Assembly: GCA_035265665.1 (NCBI GenBank)
Contig: DATFOK010000102.1
Location: forward strand, 4,705 to 68,704
Reading direction: 5' to 3'
From: Solirubrobacterales bacterium
Lineage (GTDB): Bacteria; Actinomycetota; Thermoleophilia; Solirubrobacterales; 70-9
Length of the DNA stretch: 64,000 nucleotides
The notes below the pieces were generated by a model that saw nothing but the letters and a program-made list of their open reading frames with translations, did not search any database and was not told the origin of the DNA. A program made the translations under genes and the position numbers. Of the stretch, positions 26,934 through 35,213 are shown piece after piece. The number at the start of each line of letters is the position of its first letter. The first letter of the stretch is position 1.

Positions 26934-27946
26934 GGCAGCTCACCTTCGTCGAGAAGGGCAAGCTCGAGTGGCGCGACGCCCCCGACGCCAAGCTCGACGG
27001 CGACGGCCAGGCGATCGTCCGCCCGGTCGCGCTCGCCACCTGCGACATCGACGTCGCCTTCGTCCAGGGACGGTTTCCCGCCGGGGGCCCGTTCTCGTTC
27101 GGACACGAGTGCGTCGCGCAGGTGACGGATGTCGGAGAAGCGGTCACCTCGGTGAAGCCGGGCGACCTGGTCAGCGTGCCGTTCCAGATCTCCTGTGGGG
27201 AATGCCATCGCTGCCGCGCCGGGCAGCCAGGCAACTGCGAATCCGTGCCGAGGTTGTCCACCTACGGACTGCCCATCGGACCGCAGACCTACGGCGGCTT
27301 TGCGAGCGACGCGGTGAACGTCCCGTATGCGGACGCGATGCTGGTCCCGATTCCCGATGGGGTCGAGCCGACCACGGTGGCGAGCCTCTCCGACAACATC
27401 CCGGACGCTTGGCGCTGCGTCGCCCCTCCGCTCGAGGCGGCGCCCGGCTCGCCTGTGCTGATCGCGATGGGCGCCGGCTCGATCGCGCTCTACTCGGTCG
27501 CGATAGCGGTCGCCCTGGGCGCCGAGCGGATCGACGTCGTAGGCGGTGGGCCGCTCGACCGCGAGCTGGCCGAGAGGCTCGGCGCGAACGTCCTCGACGA
27601 GGAGTTCCCCGACCGCGCCGGCTTCTACCCGATCACGGTCGACGCGAGCGCGGATCCCGCCGGGATCTCCTGCGCGCTGCGCTCAACGGGCGCCGACGGC
27701 ATCTGCACCAGCATCGGGATCTATTTGGAGCCGACACCGCTGCCCCTGCTCGACATGTTCACCCAGGGGATCACCTTCGTGACCGGCCGGCCGCACGTGC
27801 GGACCCTGATGCCGGACGTGCTCGAGCTCGTGCGCCAGGGCAGGTTCGATCCCGACCCGATTACCGTGACCAGGGTCGATTGGGAGGACGCCGCGGAGGC
27901 GCTCTCGGACCTGCGGGCGAAGACGGTCGTGGCGCGGGCCGCCTAG
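26930..27946 (+). CDS. Zinc-binding alcohol dehydrogenase family (MDR) oxidoreductase
   Basis: ATG 26930 overlaps the upstream TGA. Sequence: GHECVAQVTDVG...CGECHRCRAGQPGNC...GAGSIALYSVAIA. Confidence 0.88.
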   Translation: MRQLTFVEKGKLEWRDAPDAKLDGDGQAIVRPVALATCDIDVAFVQGRFPAGGPFSFGHECVAQVTDVGEAVTSVKPGDLVSVPFQISCGECHRCRAGQPGNCESVPRLSTYGLPIGPQTYGGFASDAVNVPYADAMLVPIPDGVEPTTVASLSDNIPDAWRCVAPPLEAAPGSPVLIAMGAGSIALYSVAIAVALGAERIDVVGGGPLDRELAERLGANVLDEEFPDRAGFYPITVDASADPAGISCALRSTGADGICTSIGIYLEPTPLPLLDMFTQGITFVTGRPHVRTLMPDVLELVRQGRFDPDPITVTRVDWEDAAEALSDLRAKTVVARAA

Positions 27947-27959
27947 GGGATCGGCCGGC

Positions 27960-29132
27960 CTAGCCCGGGCTGCCGACGCCGCCTGTGTTGGCCGCCCCGG
28001 CGGTTGCCGGGCGAAGCGCATTGATCTGGGGCTGCAGGAAGAGCTGCCTCATTGCGTCGTCGGAGGCGAAGAAGAAGAAGGCGCCGGCTCCCTGCTTCAT
28101 CGCCGGAGCCACGCAGGCGGCGGCCTGGGCGGCGGAGGTGCGGAGAAGCGCCATGCCGGAGCTGGGATCCGGGCTGTCGGTGAAGGAGATCTGGACTCCG
28201 AGATTGACCATGTTCGGGCGCCCCTTCTTCTTCAGCGGCTCACGGAACGTCTTCTTCACCTTCTTTTTCTTGCCCTTCACCCGCACCTTCTTGGTGATGA
28301 ACTTGAACGTGTACTGGAGGCGAAGCTGCTTCACCCGGGCGCCGAACCCGGGCGCCCCACCCTGCGCGCACACGTCCTGGGTCTGCACGCTCAGCGGGCC
28401 GAGCTTGCGAGAGGCGAGGCGCGTGTTCTTCTTGTTGAGGTCCTGCGCGATCTGACCGAAGTTCCAGAGTGCGTCGTCCTGAGGAACGAGCCCGGTGCGC
28501 TTGGAGGCGCCGATCGGATTGACGGCGGTGGTGGATGCCATGGCGCGATCCCACGCCTTGATCCGGGGGAGGGCCACCTTGAACTTGCTGTTCCACGGCG
28601 GTCGTGCCGGGTCGGAGATGCGGCCGTTGTTCCAGTCCCCCTGCTCGAAGTCGGTCATCAGGGCGAAGACGTTCGGGTCATCCATCCCGGTGAAGGCGTA
28701 GCCAGCCTGGGTCGGGTCGAAGCTCATCCCGTTCAGCGCGATGATCCGGTTGCACGGGAAGACGGCGCGCAGGTCCGCTGCATATTCGGCGGCGACCGTC
28801 GCCGTCATCGGTGGCTGGGACCCGCTCCCGTTGCCCGCGAAGCGGGTGTTGAGCACGAAGATGTCCTGGGGCCGGATCCGTCCCCCCATTCCGCCCTCGG
28901 GCTTCGTGTAGGTGTCGACGTTCCCCTGCGTGTTGATCCGGATCATCATCGTGAAGCGCTGGGCCGCGGCGCCGCTCGGCGACAGCCCATACGGCTGCGA
29001 GCAGCTCACCTGCGCCTGCGCCGCCGACGGCGTCGCCGAGCGGCCCGCGACGAGAAGCAGGCCGAGCAGCGCCGCGGCGAGCCCCAGCGCGAGCGCGTGA
29101 CGCGCATTCAGATGTACGGCGACTCCTGCCAT
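27960..29132 (-). CDS. Secreted protein of unknown function with an internal Lys-rich segment
   Basis: ATG 29132 (MAGVAVHLNARHALALGLAAALLGLLLVAG...AAQAQV signal peptide). Internal KKVRVKGKKKKVKKTFREPLKKKG. No recognisable domain. Confidence 0.7.
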   Translation of the reverse strand: MAGVAVHLNARHALALGLAAALLGLLLVAGRSATPSAAQAQVSCSQPYGLSPSGAAAQRFTMMIRINTQGNVDTYTKPEGGMGGRIRPQDIFVLNTRFAGNGSGSQPPMTATVAAEYAADLRAVFPCNRIIALNGMSFDPTQAGYAFTGMDDPNVFALMTDFEQGDWNNGRISDPARPPWNSKFKVALPRIKAWDRAMASTTAVNPIGASKRTGLVPQDDALWNFGQIAQDLNKKNTRLASRKLGPLSVQTQDVCAQGGAPGFGARVKQLRLQYTFKFITKKVRVKGKKKKVKKTFREPLKKKGRPNMVNLGVQISFTDSPDPSSGMALLRTSAAQAAACVAPAMKQGAGAFFFFASDDAMRQLFLQPQINALRPATAGAANTGGVGSPG

Positions 29133-29145
29133 TCGGACCAATACA

Positions 29146-29179
29146 AAACGGGTTGCGCCTGGTGGCGCACCCTCGCATC
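29146..29179. repeat. 34-nt hairpin motif, copy 2 (AAACGGGTTGCGCC-TGGT-GGCGCACCCTCGCATC); on the minus strand it resembles an intrinsic terminator
   Basis: 32 of 34 nt are identical to 6481-6514. The minus-strand reading is GGGTGCGCC-ACCA-GGCGCAACCC followed by GTTTTGTATT. It sits between the M20 hydrolase stop (29212) and the ATG at 29132. Confidence 0.8.
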
Positions 29180-29211
29180 AAGCTAACGGCGCCTCCTCTC
29201 CAACACGCGAG

Positions 29212-30438
29212 TCAGCTTGCAGTTGTGATGCGATCCTCGACGAGCGCGCCGAAGACTTCGATCGCCGCCGCCAGGTCCGGTTCGGCGGTGTCCTCCTCGG
29301 GCGCGTGGCTGATCCCGCCGATCGAGGGGGAGAAGACCATCGCGGTGGGCAGGTGCGGGGCCATCGAGGCGGCGTCGTGGAGGGCGCCGCTCGGCAGTTC
29401 ATAGGCCCTTCCGGTCACCCGCTCGCAGGACTGGCCGGCCAGCGCCACGAGCTCGGGATCGAAGGCGATCGGCTCGATCCTCCACACGGGTCGCTCGGAG
29501 ACCTCAGAGCCCCGCTCATCGGCGCACGCCGCGATCGCCCCGCGGGTGGACTCGAGCATGCGCGCCAGCGCCTCGGCGCTGCGATTGCGCAGGTCGACGA
29601 CCAGCCTGGCCTGCCCAGGCACGGCCGTCGGGATCCCCGGCTCGAACCTGACGTCGCCGACGGTGGCGACGCCCCGCTCCTCCATGGCGATCCGCTCGAT
29701 TCGCAGGGCCGCGGCCGCGGCGGCGAGGCCGGCGTCGTGGCGCGCATCCATCGGGGTGGTCCCGGCATGCGAGACGCGGCCGCTGATCTCGAAGCGCAGC
29801 CGCTCCACCCCGACACAGCCGCTCACAGCGGCCGCCCTGATCCCCTCGGCCTCGAGGACCGGGCCCTGCTCGATGTGGAGCTCGAGGTAGGCGCCGAGCC
29901 GCTCGAGCCTCGAGCGGGAGTCGAGAACGCGTTCGAGCTCGACGCCGTTCTCGGCCAGCACACCCGGCGCGCGGCGGCCCTCGGCGTCGCGCGCCTCCGC
30001 GAGCTCCGCCGGGTCGAGCGTCCCGGCCGCCGCGGAGCTCCCGAAGAGGCTGCGGCCGAAGCGCGCACCTTCCTCATCCGCCCAGTCCACGAGCGCCAGG
30101 GTCCGTGGCGGCTGCCCCTCGGCCCCCGCCCAGGCCCGGAGCATCCCGACCGCCGCCATCACGCCGAGCGCGCCGTCGAGCCAGCCGCCGTTCGGCACCG
30201 AGTCCAGATGCGATCCGACCGCAAGGGCCGGCTCCCGCTCGCCCGCCAGATACGCCCAGGCGTTGCCCGCCTCGTCGATCTCGGGTTGCAGGCCCATCTC
30301 GTCGAGCAGCTCTCGCAGAAAGTCCCGAGCGGTGCGCCACCCGTCGCCCCAGCAGAGCCGCTGCGCTCCGCCCGGGTCGCTCGTCCGCCGGGCGAGCTCG
30401 CGGAGATCGGCGATCACGCGCTGCGCGTCGATCATCAT
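29212..30438 (-). CDS. M20 family Zn-dependent amidase (allantoate amidohydrolase / N-carbamoyl-L-amino-acid hydrolase type)
   Basis: Sequence: AVGSHLDSVPNGGWLDGALGV...DWADEEGARFG...LELHIEQGPVLE...SHAGTTPM...SGALHDA...VFSPSIGGISHAPEE. Confidence 0.88.
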   Translation of the reverse strand: MMIDAQRVIADLRELARRTSDPGGAQRLCWGDGWRTARDFLRELLDEMGLQPEIDEAGNAWAYLAGEREPALAVGSHLDSVPNGGWLDGALGVMAAVGMLRAWAGAEGQPPRTLALVDWADEEGARFGRSLFGSSAAAGTLDPAELAEARDAEGRRAPGVLAENGVELERVLDSRSRLERLGAYLELHIEQGPVLEAEGIRAAAVSGCVGVERLRFEISGRVSHAGTTPMDARHDAGLAAAAAALRIERIAMEERGVATVGDVRFEPGIPTAVPGQARLVVDLRNRSAEALARMLESTRGAIAACADERGSEVSERPVWRIEPIAFDPELVALAGQSCERVTGRAYELPSGALHDAASMAPHLPTAMVFSPSIGGISHAPEEDTAEPDLAAAIEVFGALVEDRITTAS

Positions 30439-30439
30439 G

Positions 30440-30524
30440 AATCGGGTTGCTGCTCAGAACTAATCGGGTGCTGCTCCGCTTCGCGTCCGCTGCACCCTCT
30501 CATCTCGCTGCACCCTCTCATCTC
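30440..30524. repeat. Duplicated variant of the hairpin motif filling the intergenic gap: 2x AATCGGGT(T)GCTGCTC and 2x tandem GCTGCACCCTCTCATCTC
   Basis: Left arms are at 30440-30455 and 30462-30476. Exact 18-bp tandem copies are at 30489-30506 and 30507-30524, and a third partial copy overlaps the stop at 30527. The arms are complementary apart from one A/A mismatch. Confidence 0.75.
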
Positions 30525-30526
30525 GC

Positions 30527-31402
30527 TCACCCGACGCGCTCCCTCCGGAGCGCCTGTCCCAAGCAGTGGGCGCCGCCGCCTCCCAGGGTGAACATGGAGA
30601 GATCGAGCTCGATCACGGTGATCCCGCGAGCCCGCAGCGCGGTGTTGAGCTCCTGCGCCCCGGTGGCGGAGATCACGCGCTCCTCGCCTAGTGAGATTCC
30701 GTTCACGCCGAGCGTGAATGCCTGTTCGACACTCACCTCGATCAGGTCGAAGCCCTTGTCGCGAAGCCAGCCCACCGCGCCCGCCGGCAGAACCTCGGCG
30801 CAGACGGCGGCCAGCTTTTCGGCGAGGACCGCGACCAGTACGTCGAGGTGGACGTAGCGCTCTGGGAACGGCTGCACCCGCGCCTCCCAGCCGTCCTCCT
30901 CGAACCATCCGGCGAGCTGGCGCGCCGCGGCCTCCTGAGTGCGCGTCTCGCCGCTCCCGATCAGGACACTGCCGGGTTCGACGATCATCACGTCTCCCCC
31001 CTCCAGCGAGCCGGCGGTGACCATCGCCCGGATCGGGATGCCCGTCTCCTGATGGAAGCGGATCGCCGCCGCGTACTCACCGCGCCGCCACCACTGGCTG
31101 AGCTGGGTGATGAAGGTCCCGTTCGGCCCCATCGCGCTGGAGTCGCGTGCGAAGACCTGGTAAGTCAGCGCCGGGTCCGGCTCGAGGAAGTGGCAGTGGA
31201 CCCCCGCGTCCTCGTAGGCGGAGACCATCTCGGCGTGCTGGGAGGCGGCCAGTCCGCGGTCGTAAGTGTGACCGGCATCCAGCGTGGCGCGGCTGATCGC
31301 GCTGGTCGGCAGCCAGCGGAAGCTCTCGGGTCTGCCGAGCAGGACGTCGTGCAGCCTGCCGTACTCGGAATCGACCCCCCATTCCGGCGTGGCACCGTTC
31401 AT
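30527..31402 (-). CDS. Guanidino-group modifying enzyme superfamily protein (amidinotransferase/DDAH/deiminase fold)
   Basis: Sequence: DSEYGRLHDVLLGRP...FARDSSAMGP...GGDVMIV...HLDVLVA.... A C-terminal LGGGGAHCLGQ carries the catalytic Cys motif. Confidence 0.8.
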   Translation of the reverse strand: MNGATPEWGVDSEYGRLHDVLLGRPESFRWLPTSAISRATLDAGHTYDRGLAASQHAEMVSAYEDAGVHCHFLEPDPALTYQVFARDSSAMGPNGTFITQLSQWWRRGEYAAAIRFHQETGIPIRAMVTAGSLEGGDVMIVEPGSVLIGSGETRTQEAAARQLAGWFEEDGWEARVQPFPERYVHLDVLVAVLAEKLAAVCAEVLPAGAVGWLRDKGFDLIEVSVEQAFTLGVNGISLGEERVISATGAQELNTALRARGITVIELDLSMFTLGGGGAHCLGQALRRERVG

Positions 31403-32892
31403 TCCGTCACCACCCGGATCGTCCTGAGCGTGCGGTCGCTCGCCCCGCGAACGAGACCGCCATGCGCAAGCGAGTCCGCAATGTAGGCGAGGGTCGGCGC
31501 CGTCAGCCGCTCGCCCGGGAGCACGTTCGGCACCCCGGGCGGATAGGCGGCCAGCGACTCCGCGGCGATCCTGCCCTCGGCCCGGTCGAACGGGACGACG
31601 TCCTGCGGTCCGAGGAAGGCATCGCGCGGGGACAGCTCGAGCGGCCCCCAGGGCGGCGGCTCGGCGAACGCGCGTCGCTTTTCCAGGTCAGCAGGGCCGA
31701 CCTGCTCGACCGCGTGGCGGAGCCCTTCGACCAGCCGAGCCGCGGGCGCGGACTCGGTCTCGCCGAGCCCGAAGACGCCGACGATCACGTTCTCGGAGAA
31801 GAGCTCGAGGATGATGTCGTCGCGCTCCCGCATCAGCTGCGCGATGCGGTGACCGGTGGCGCCGGTTCCCCTCACGTCCACCGACAGCCTGAGGGGGTCC
31901 CAGGCGGCGACGCTGGTGCGACCGGCGAGCCGCTCGTCGAGGACGTCGAGACCCGGGATCTCACGGATCTCCTCACGCGTCCTCGCGAGGGCCGCGAGCG
32001 TCTTGCCGAGCAGCCGTTCGCCCTGGGTGACGGCGAACCGGCGCGCCGCGTCCAGCGACGCGGTCAAGAGGGCATTCGGGCTCGTGGACTCGACCAGCGT
32101 CACGGAGCGGTCGATGACGTCCTCGTCCATTCGGTCCCCGTTGCCGAGATGCAGGATGGCCGACTGGGTGAGGCTGCCAACGATCTTGTGCGTGCTCGAC
32201 AGCACCAGGTCGGCGCCGCCTAGCAGCGCGCCGGAAGGCAGTCCGTCGTGGAAGTAGAGGTGCGAGCCCCACGCCTCATCAACCACCAGCGGGATGTCGT
32301 GGGCATGTGCGACCTCGGCGAGTTCCTCGACGCGCGCGACCGCCCCGAAGTAGGTCGGCGAGACGAGCAACACCGCCTCCGCGTCCGGCTCCGCGTCGAG
32401 CGTGGCCTCGAGCGCCTCGGGCAGCACGCAGTGTGCGATGCCGAGCTCTGTGTCGATCTCGGGCGCGACGAAGGTCGGTCGCAGGCCGGAGAGAACGAGC
32501 CCGTCGATGATCGAGGAATGGACGTTGCGCTGCACGACGACGCGCCCGCGGTGGGGCGGCCCCGCGGTGAGCTGGCCGGTCGCGTGCGCGAGGGCCATAC
32601 AGATCGCATGGTTTCCTCCTGAAGCCCCGTTGACCAGGAACCAGCTCCTTTGCGCGCCCCAGGCATCGGCCGCGAGGTGCTGGGCGCGCTGGAAGGGCGT
32701 CGGCTCGGGACCGACGTCGATCCCCTCGATGCTGGGCGGAACGTCGTTGAGGACGGCCGCCTGACCAAACGCTTCGATCAGACCGGGATCGGCGCCGGTG
32801 CCCTTGTGGCCCGGGATGTGGAACCGCCCCGGGTTGCGTGCGACATATGAGACGACGGCGTTGAGATAGGGCGCCTCGCTTTGATCGGCCAT
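31399..32892 (-). CDS. PLP-dependent Orn/Lys/Arg decarboxylase (family 1, major-domain type)
   Basis: Sequence: FHIPGHKG...NGASGGNHAICMA...VDEAWGSHLYFH...SSTHKIVGSLTQSAIL (PLP-Lys). 4-nt overlap with the downstream gene. Confidence 0.88.
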   Translation of the reverse strand: MADQSEAPYLNAVVSYVARNPGRFHIPGHKGTGADPGLIEAFGQAAVLNDVPPSIEGIDVGPEPTPFQRAQHLAADAWGAQRSWFLVNGASGGNHAICMALAHATGQLTAGPPHRGRVVVQRNVHSSIIDGLVLSGLRPTFVAPEIDTELGIAHCVLPEALEATLDAEPDAEAVLLVSPTYFGAVARVEELAEVAHAHDIPLVVDEAWGSHLYFHDGLPSGALLGGADLVLSSTHKIVGSLTQSAILHLGNGDRMDEDVIDRSVTLVESTSPNALLTASLDAARRFAVTQGERLLGKTLAALARTREEIREIPGLDVLDERLAGRTSVAAWDPLRLSVDVRGTGATGHRIAQLMRERDDIILELFSENVIVGVFGLGETESAPAARLVEGLRHAVEQVGPADLEKRRAFAEPPPWGPLELSPRDAFLGPQDVVPFDRAEGRIAAESLAAYPPGVPNVLPGERLTAPTLAYIADSLAHGGLVRGASDRTLRTIRVVTE

Positions 32893-32917
32893 CCGTGCCG
32901 AGTCTATTTACGGTCTC

Positions 32918-34417
32918 CTATGCCCCGTGCGGTGGCTCCCCGCCGGAGTAGCGCGAGTACGGGTACCACCATTCCTTCGGGGCGACCTCGCTCTCGATGT
33001 GGACGTGCTTGGTCTCCTGGAAGGCCTCCAGGCCCTCGCGGCCCAGCTCTCGCCCAAGCCCTGACTGCTTGAAGCCGCCGAAGGGCCCGGCGTCGTTGTC
33101 GGTGAGCGGGTCGTTGAACCAGACCGTGCCCGCCTTCAGCTCGCGCATGCAGCGCAGGATGGTCTTGAAGTCCTCCGTGTAGACGTTGGCGCCGAGGCCG
33201 TACGGGGTCGAGTTCGCGAGCTCGATCGCCTCGTCCAGGCTCCTCACCCTCACCAGTGGCGCCACGGGCCCGAAGGTCTCCTCGCGGAGCAGGTCGGTCT
33301 CCGCGGGCGCTCCGGTCACCACCGCCGGGGAGAAGAAGTGGCCGTGCTCCCGCCCGGCGCCGTCCCCGCCGACGACGAGCTCGGCGCCGGCGCCGACCGC
33401 CGCCTCGACCTGATCGGCGACCTTCTGGCGCTGATTCGCCGAGACCATCGGACCGATGTCGGTATCGCTCTCCATGGGGTCGCCGATCACCAGGCCCTTG
33501 GTGTAGTCGACGAAGGCCGAGAGATAGTCGTCGTAGACGTCCTCCAACACATAGAAACGCTCGGCCGAGGTACAGACCTGTCCGGAATTGAGGAACGCCG
33601 CCCAGGCGCCGCCCTTGGCGGCGACGTCGATCCGCTCGGCGACATCGGCGCAGACGATGAACGGGTCCTTGCCGCCCATCTCGAGGTTGACGCGCGCCAT
33701 ACGCTCGACGCAGGCCTGCGCGACCTTCTTGCCGGTCGCGACGGAGCCGGTGAAGGCGACCCCGTCTACGCGCTGCTCGCTCGCGATCGCGGCCCCGACC
33801 TCGGGCCCGCCCGCCACCAGGTTGACCACGCCCGCGGGCAGGTGGTCGAAGCAGGGCGCCAGCATGAGCGTGGAGAGCGGGGTGAGCTCGGAAGGCTTGC
33901 CGACCACCGCGTTGCCGGCCGCCAGCGCCGGCGCCAGCTTCCAGCCGAGCAGCAGCAGCGGGTAGTTCCACGGGACGATGCAGCCGATCACCCCCAGAGG
34001 CTCCTTGAGGACCAGTGAGAGCTGGCTCGATTCGATCGAGGGGATCACCCGGCCGGCGGAGTCGCGCCCGATCTCGGCGTAGTAGTCGAAGCAGGCCGCG
34101 GTCCAGCCCACCTCGTCGGAGTTCTCGACGAGCGGCTTGCCGCCCTCCAGGGTCATGACCTCGGCGAGTTCGTCGGTGCGAGAGCGCAGCCTCGTGGCAA
34201 CCTCATGCAGCAGCTCTCCGCGTTCCACCGCCGGCGTCCGCCCCCATTCCCGGAAAGCTTCCTTCGCCGCCGCGAACGCCGCGTCGAGCTGAGCGTCGTC
34301 GGCCGCGCCGACGGAGGCGATCATCTCCTCCTTGTAGGGATTCTCGACTTCGAGAAGGGTGCCTTGACCGGCGACCTGCTCATCGCCGATGAGTAGTCGA
34401 GTCTCGAGAACGGCCAC
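32918..34417 (-). CDS. NAD(P)+-dependent aldehyde dehydrogenase
   Basis: Sequence: VPWNYPLLL...KPSELTPLS...FTGSVATGKKV...LEMGGKDP...QVCTSAERFYV...EETFGPV. GTG 34417 (MAVLETRLLIGDE) is preferred over TTG 34438. Confidence 0.9.
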   Translation of the reverse strand: MAVLETRLLIGDEQVAGQGTLLEVENPYKEEMIASVGAADDAQLDAAFAAAKEAFREWGRTPAVERGELLHEVATRLRSRTDELAEVMTLEGGKPLVENSDEVGWTAACFDYYAEIGRDSAGRVIPSIESSQLSLVLKEPLGVIGCIVPWNYPLLLLGWKLAPALAAGNAVVGKPSELTPLSTLMLAPCFDHLPAGVVNLVAGGPEVGAAIASEQRVDGVAFTGSVATGKKVAQACVERMARVNLEMGGKDPFIVCADVAERIDVAAKGGAWAAFLNSGQVCTSAERFYVLEDVYDDYLSAFVDYTKGLVIGDPMESDTDIGPMVSANQRQKVADQVEAAVGAGAELVVGGDGAGREHGHFFSPAVVTGAPAETDLLREETFGPVAPLVRVRSLDEAIELANSTPYGLGANVYTEDFKTILRCMRELKAGTVWFNDPLTDNDAGPFGGFKQSGLGRELGREGLEAFQETKHVHIESEVAPKEWWYPYSRYSGGEPPHGA

Positions 34418-34670
34418 GCAGCGATCGTATTCGCGCAAGGCGGGGAAGGACGGCCAGGGGGAGAAGGAAACCGGCCGCCCTATCCGCCCGCCTGCGCCGA
34501 GGCTGAAGCTCGGCGGAGGCGAGGCATCATGATTATGTGGGCGGGCGCCGGAGTAGGGGGTCTCCGAACGCCCGCCCGCTGCCTCGACTCAGGACCAATC
34601 GTACCCCTACGCAGTTGCGAATAAACGCTCGTACGAACGAACGCCCACAATCGACGGCTTTTTGGCGCTC

Positions 34671-35015
34671 TCAGCGGTTTTTTGCCGCCACCGCTCGTTG
34701 CAGCTGAGTCTTGTTCATGCTCGAGCGGCCCTCGATGTTCAGGCGCTTGGCCTGGTTGTAGAGCTGCTCCTTGGTCTGGCCCTTCGGCCGGTTCGTGCCC
34801 GACCGCTGACCACCACGCCGCTGTGGCGAGGCACCACGCGTCGAGCTTCGCGACCTTGTCCGTGACTCACCGGAGCGGGCCCGGTTCTTCTGGACCGTCC
34901 GGGCGGCCATCTCCTTCGCGCGCGACGGCGAGGCACCGCGGCTACGTGCGGAGCGCTTGACCTTCTCGTACTGCCTGGCACGCTTGGTCCCCTTCTTGAC
35001 GCCGCGGGGTGGCAT
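34671..35015 (-). CDS. Small highly basic protein with a C-terminal Rho-N/SAP-like helix-extended-helix motif
   Basis: ATG 35015 lies 8 nt after SD AAGGAG. Sequence: MPPRGVKKGTKRARQYEKVKRSARSRG...TKEQLYNQAKRLNIEGRSSMNKTQLQRAV. Confidence 0.7.
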   Translation of the reverse strand: MPPRGVKKGTKRARQYEKVKRSARSRGASPSRAKEMAARTVQKNRARSGESRTRSRSSTRGASPQRRGGQRSGTNRPKGQTKEQLYNQAKRLNIEGRSSMNKTQLQRAVAAKNR

Positions 35016-35081
35016 TGCAATCACTCCTTGTTCTGTGCGTTGTCACGCCTGCGCTACCCGCGCGTCAGCTTGCGAAACCGC

Positions 35082-35108
35082 GGTTTTCGTCCACTGCGAT
35101 TCGGGGTA
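35082..35108 (+). promoter_or_regulatory. SigB/SigF-type promoter (GGTTT-N17-GGGTA) upstream of the sigma factor gene
   Basis: GGTTT at 35082-35086 and GGGTA at 35104-35108. This matches the published actinobacterial SigF/SigB-type pattern GTTT-N15-17-GGGTA and suggests autoregulation. Confidence 0.5.
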
Positions 35109-35213
35109 GCTACCGTAGGTGGGCGACCACACCTCGAGGTCCCCCAGGGGCGACACAGCCACGGGCGTCGAGGTGTCCGATCAGTGACGAAACTTGCCTT
35201 GGCGGACAGCCAG

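Noticed and set aside
34529-34624. 31-codon plus-strand ORF (MIMWAGAGVGGLRTPARCLDSGPIVPLRSCE) after a GGAGG, in the 232-bp spacer upstream of the arginine operon
   Set aside because: Third-position GC is only about 60%, against about 90% in real genes here. The sequence largely coincides with a long hairpin (GGGCGGGCGCCGGAG...CTCCGAACGCCCGCCC, about 34540-34578). That hairpin is more plausibly the terminator of the basic-protein gene.
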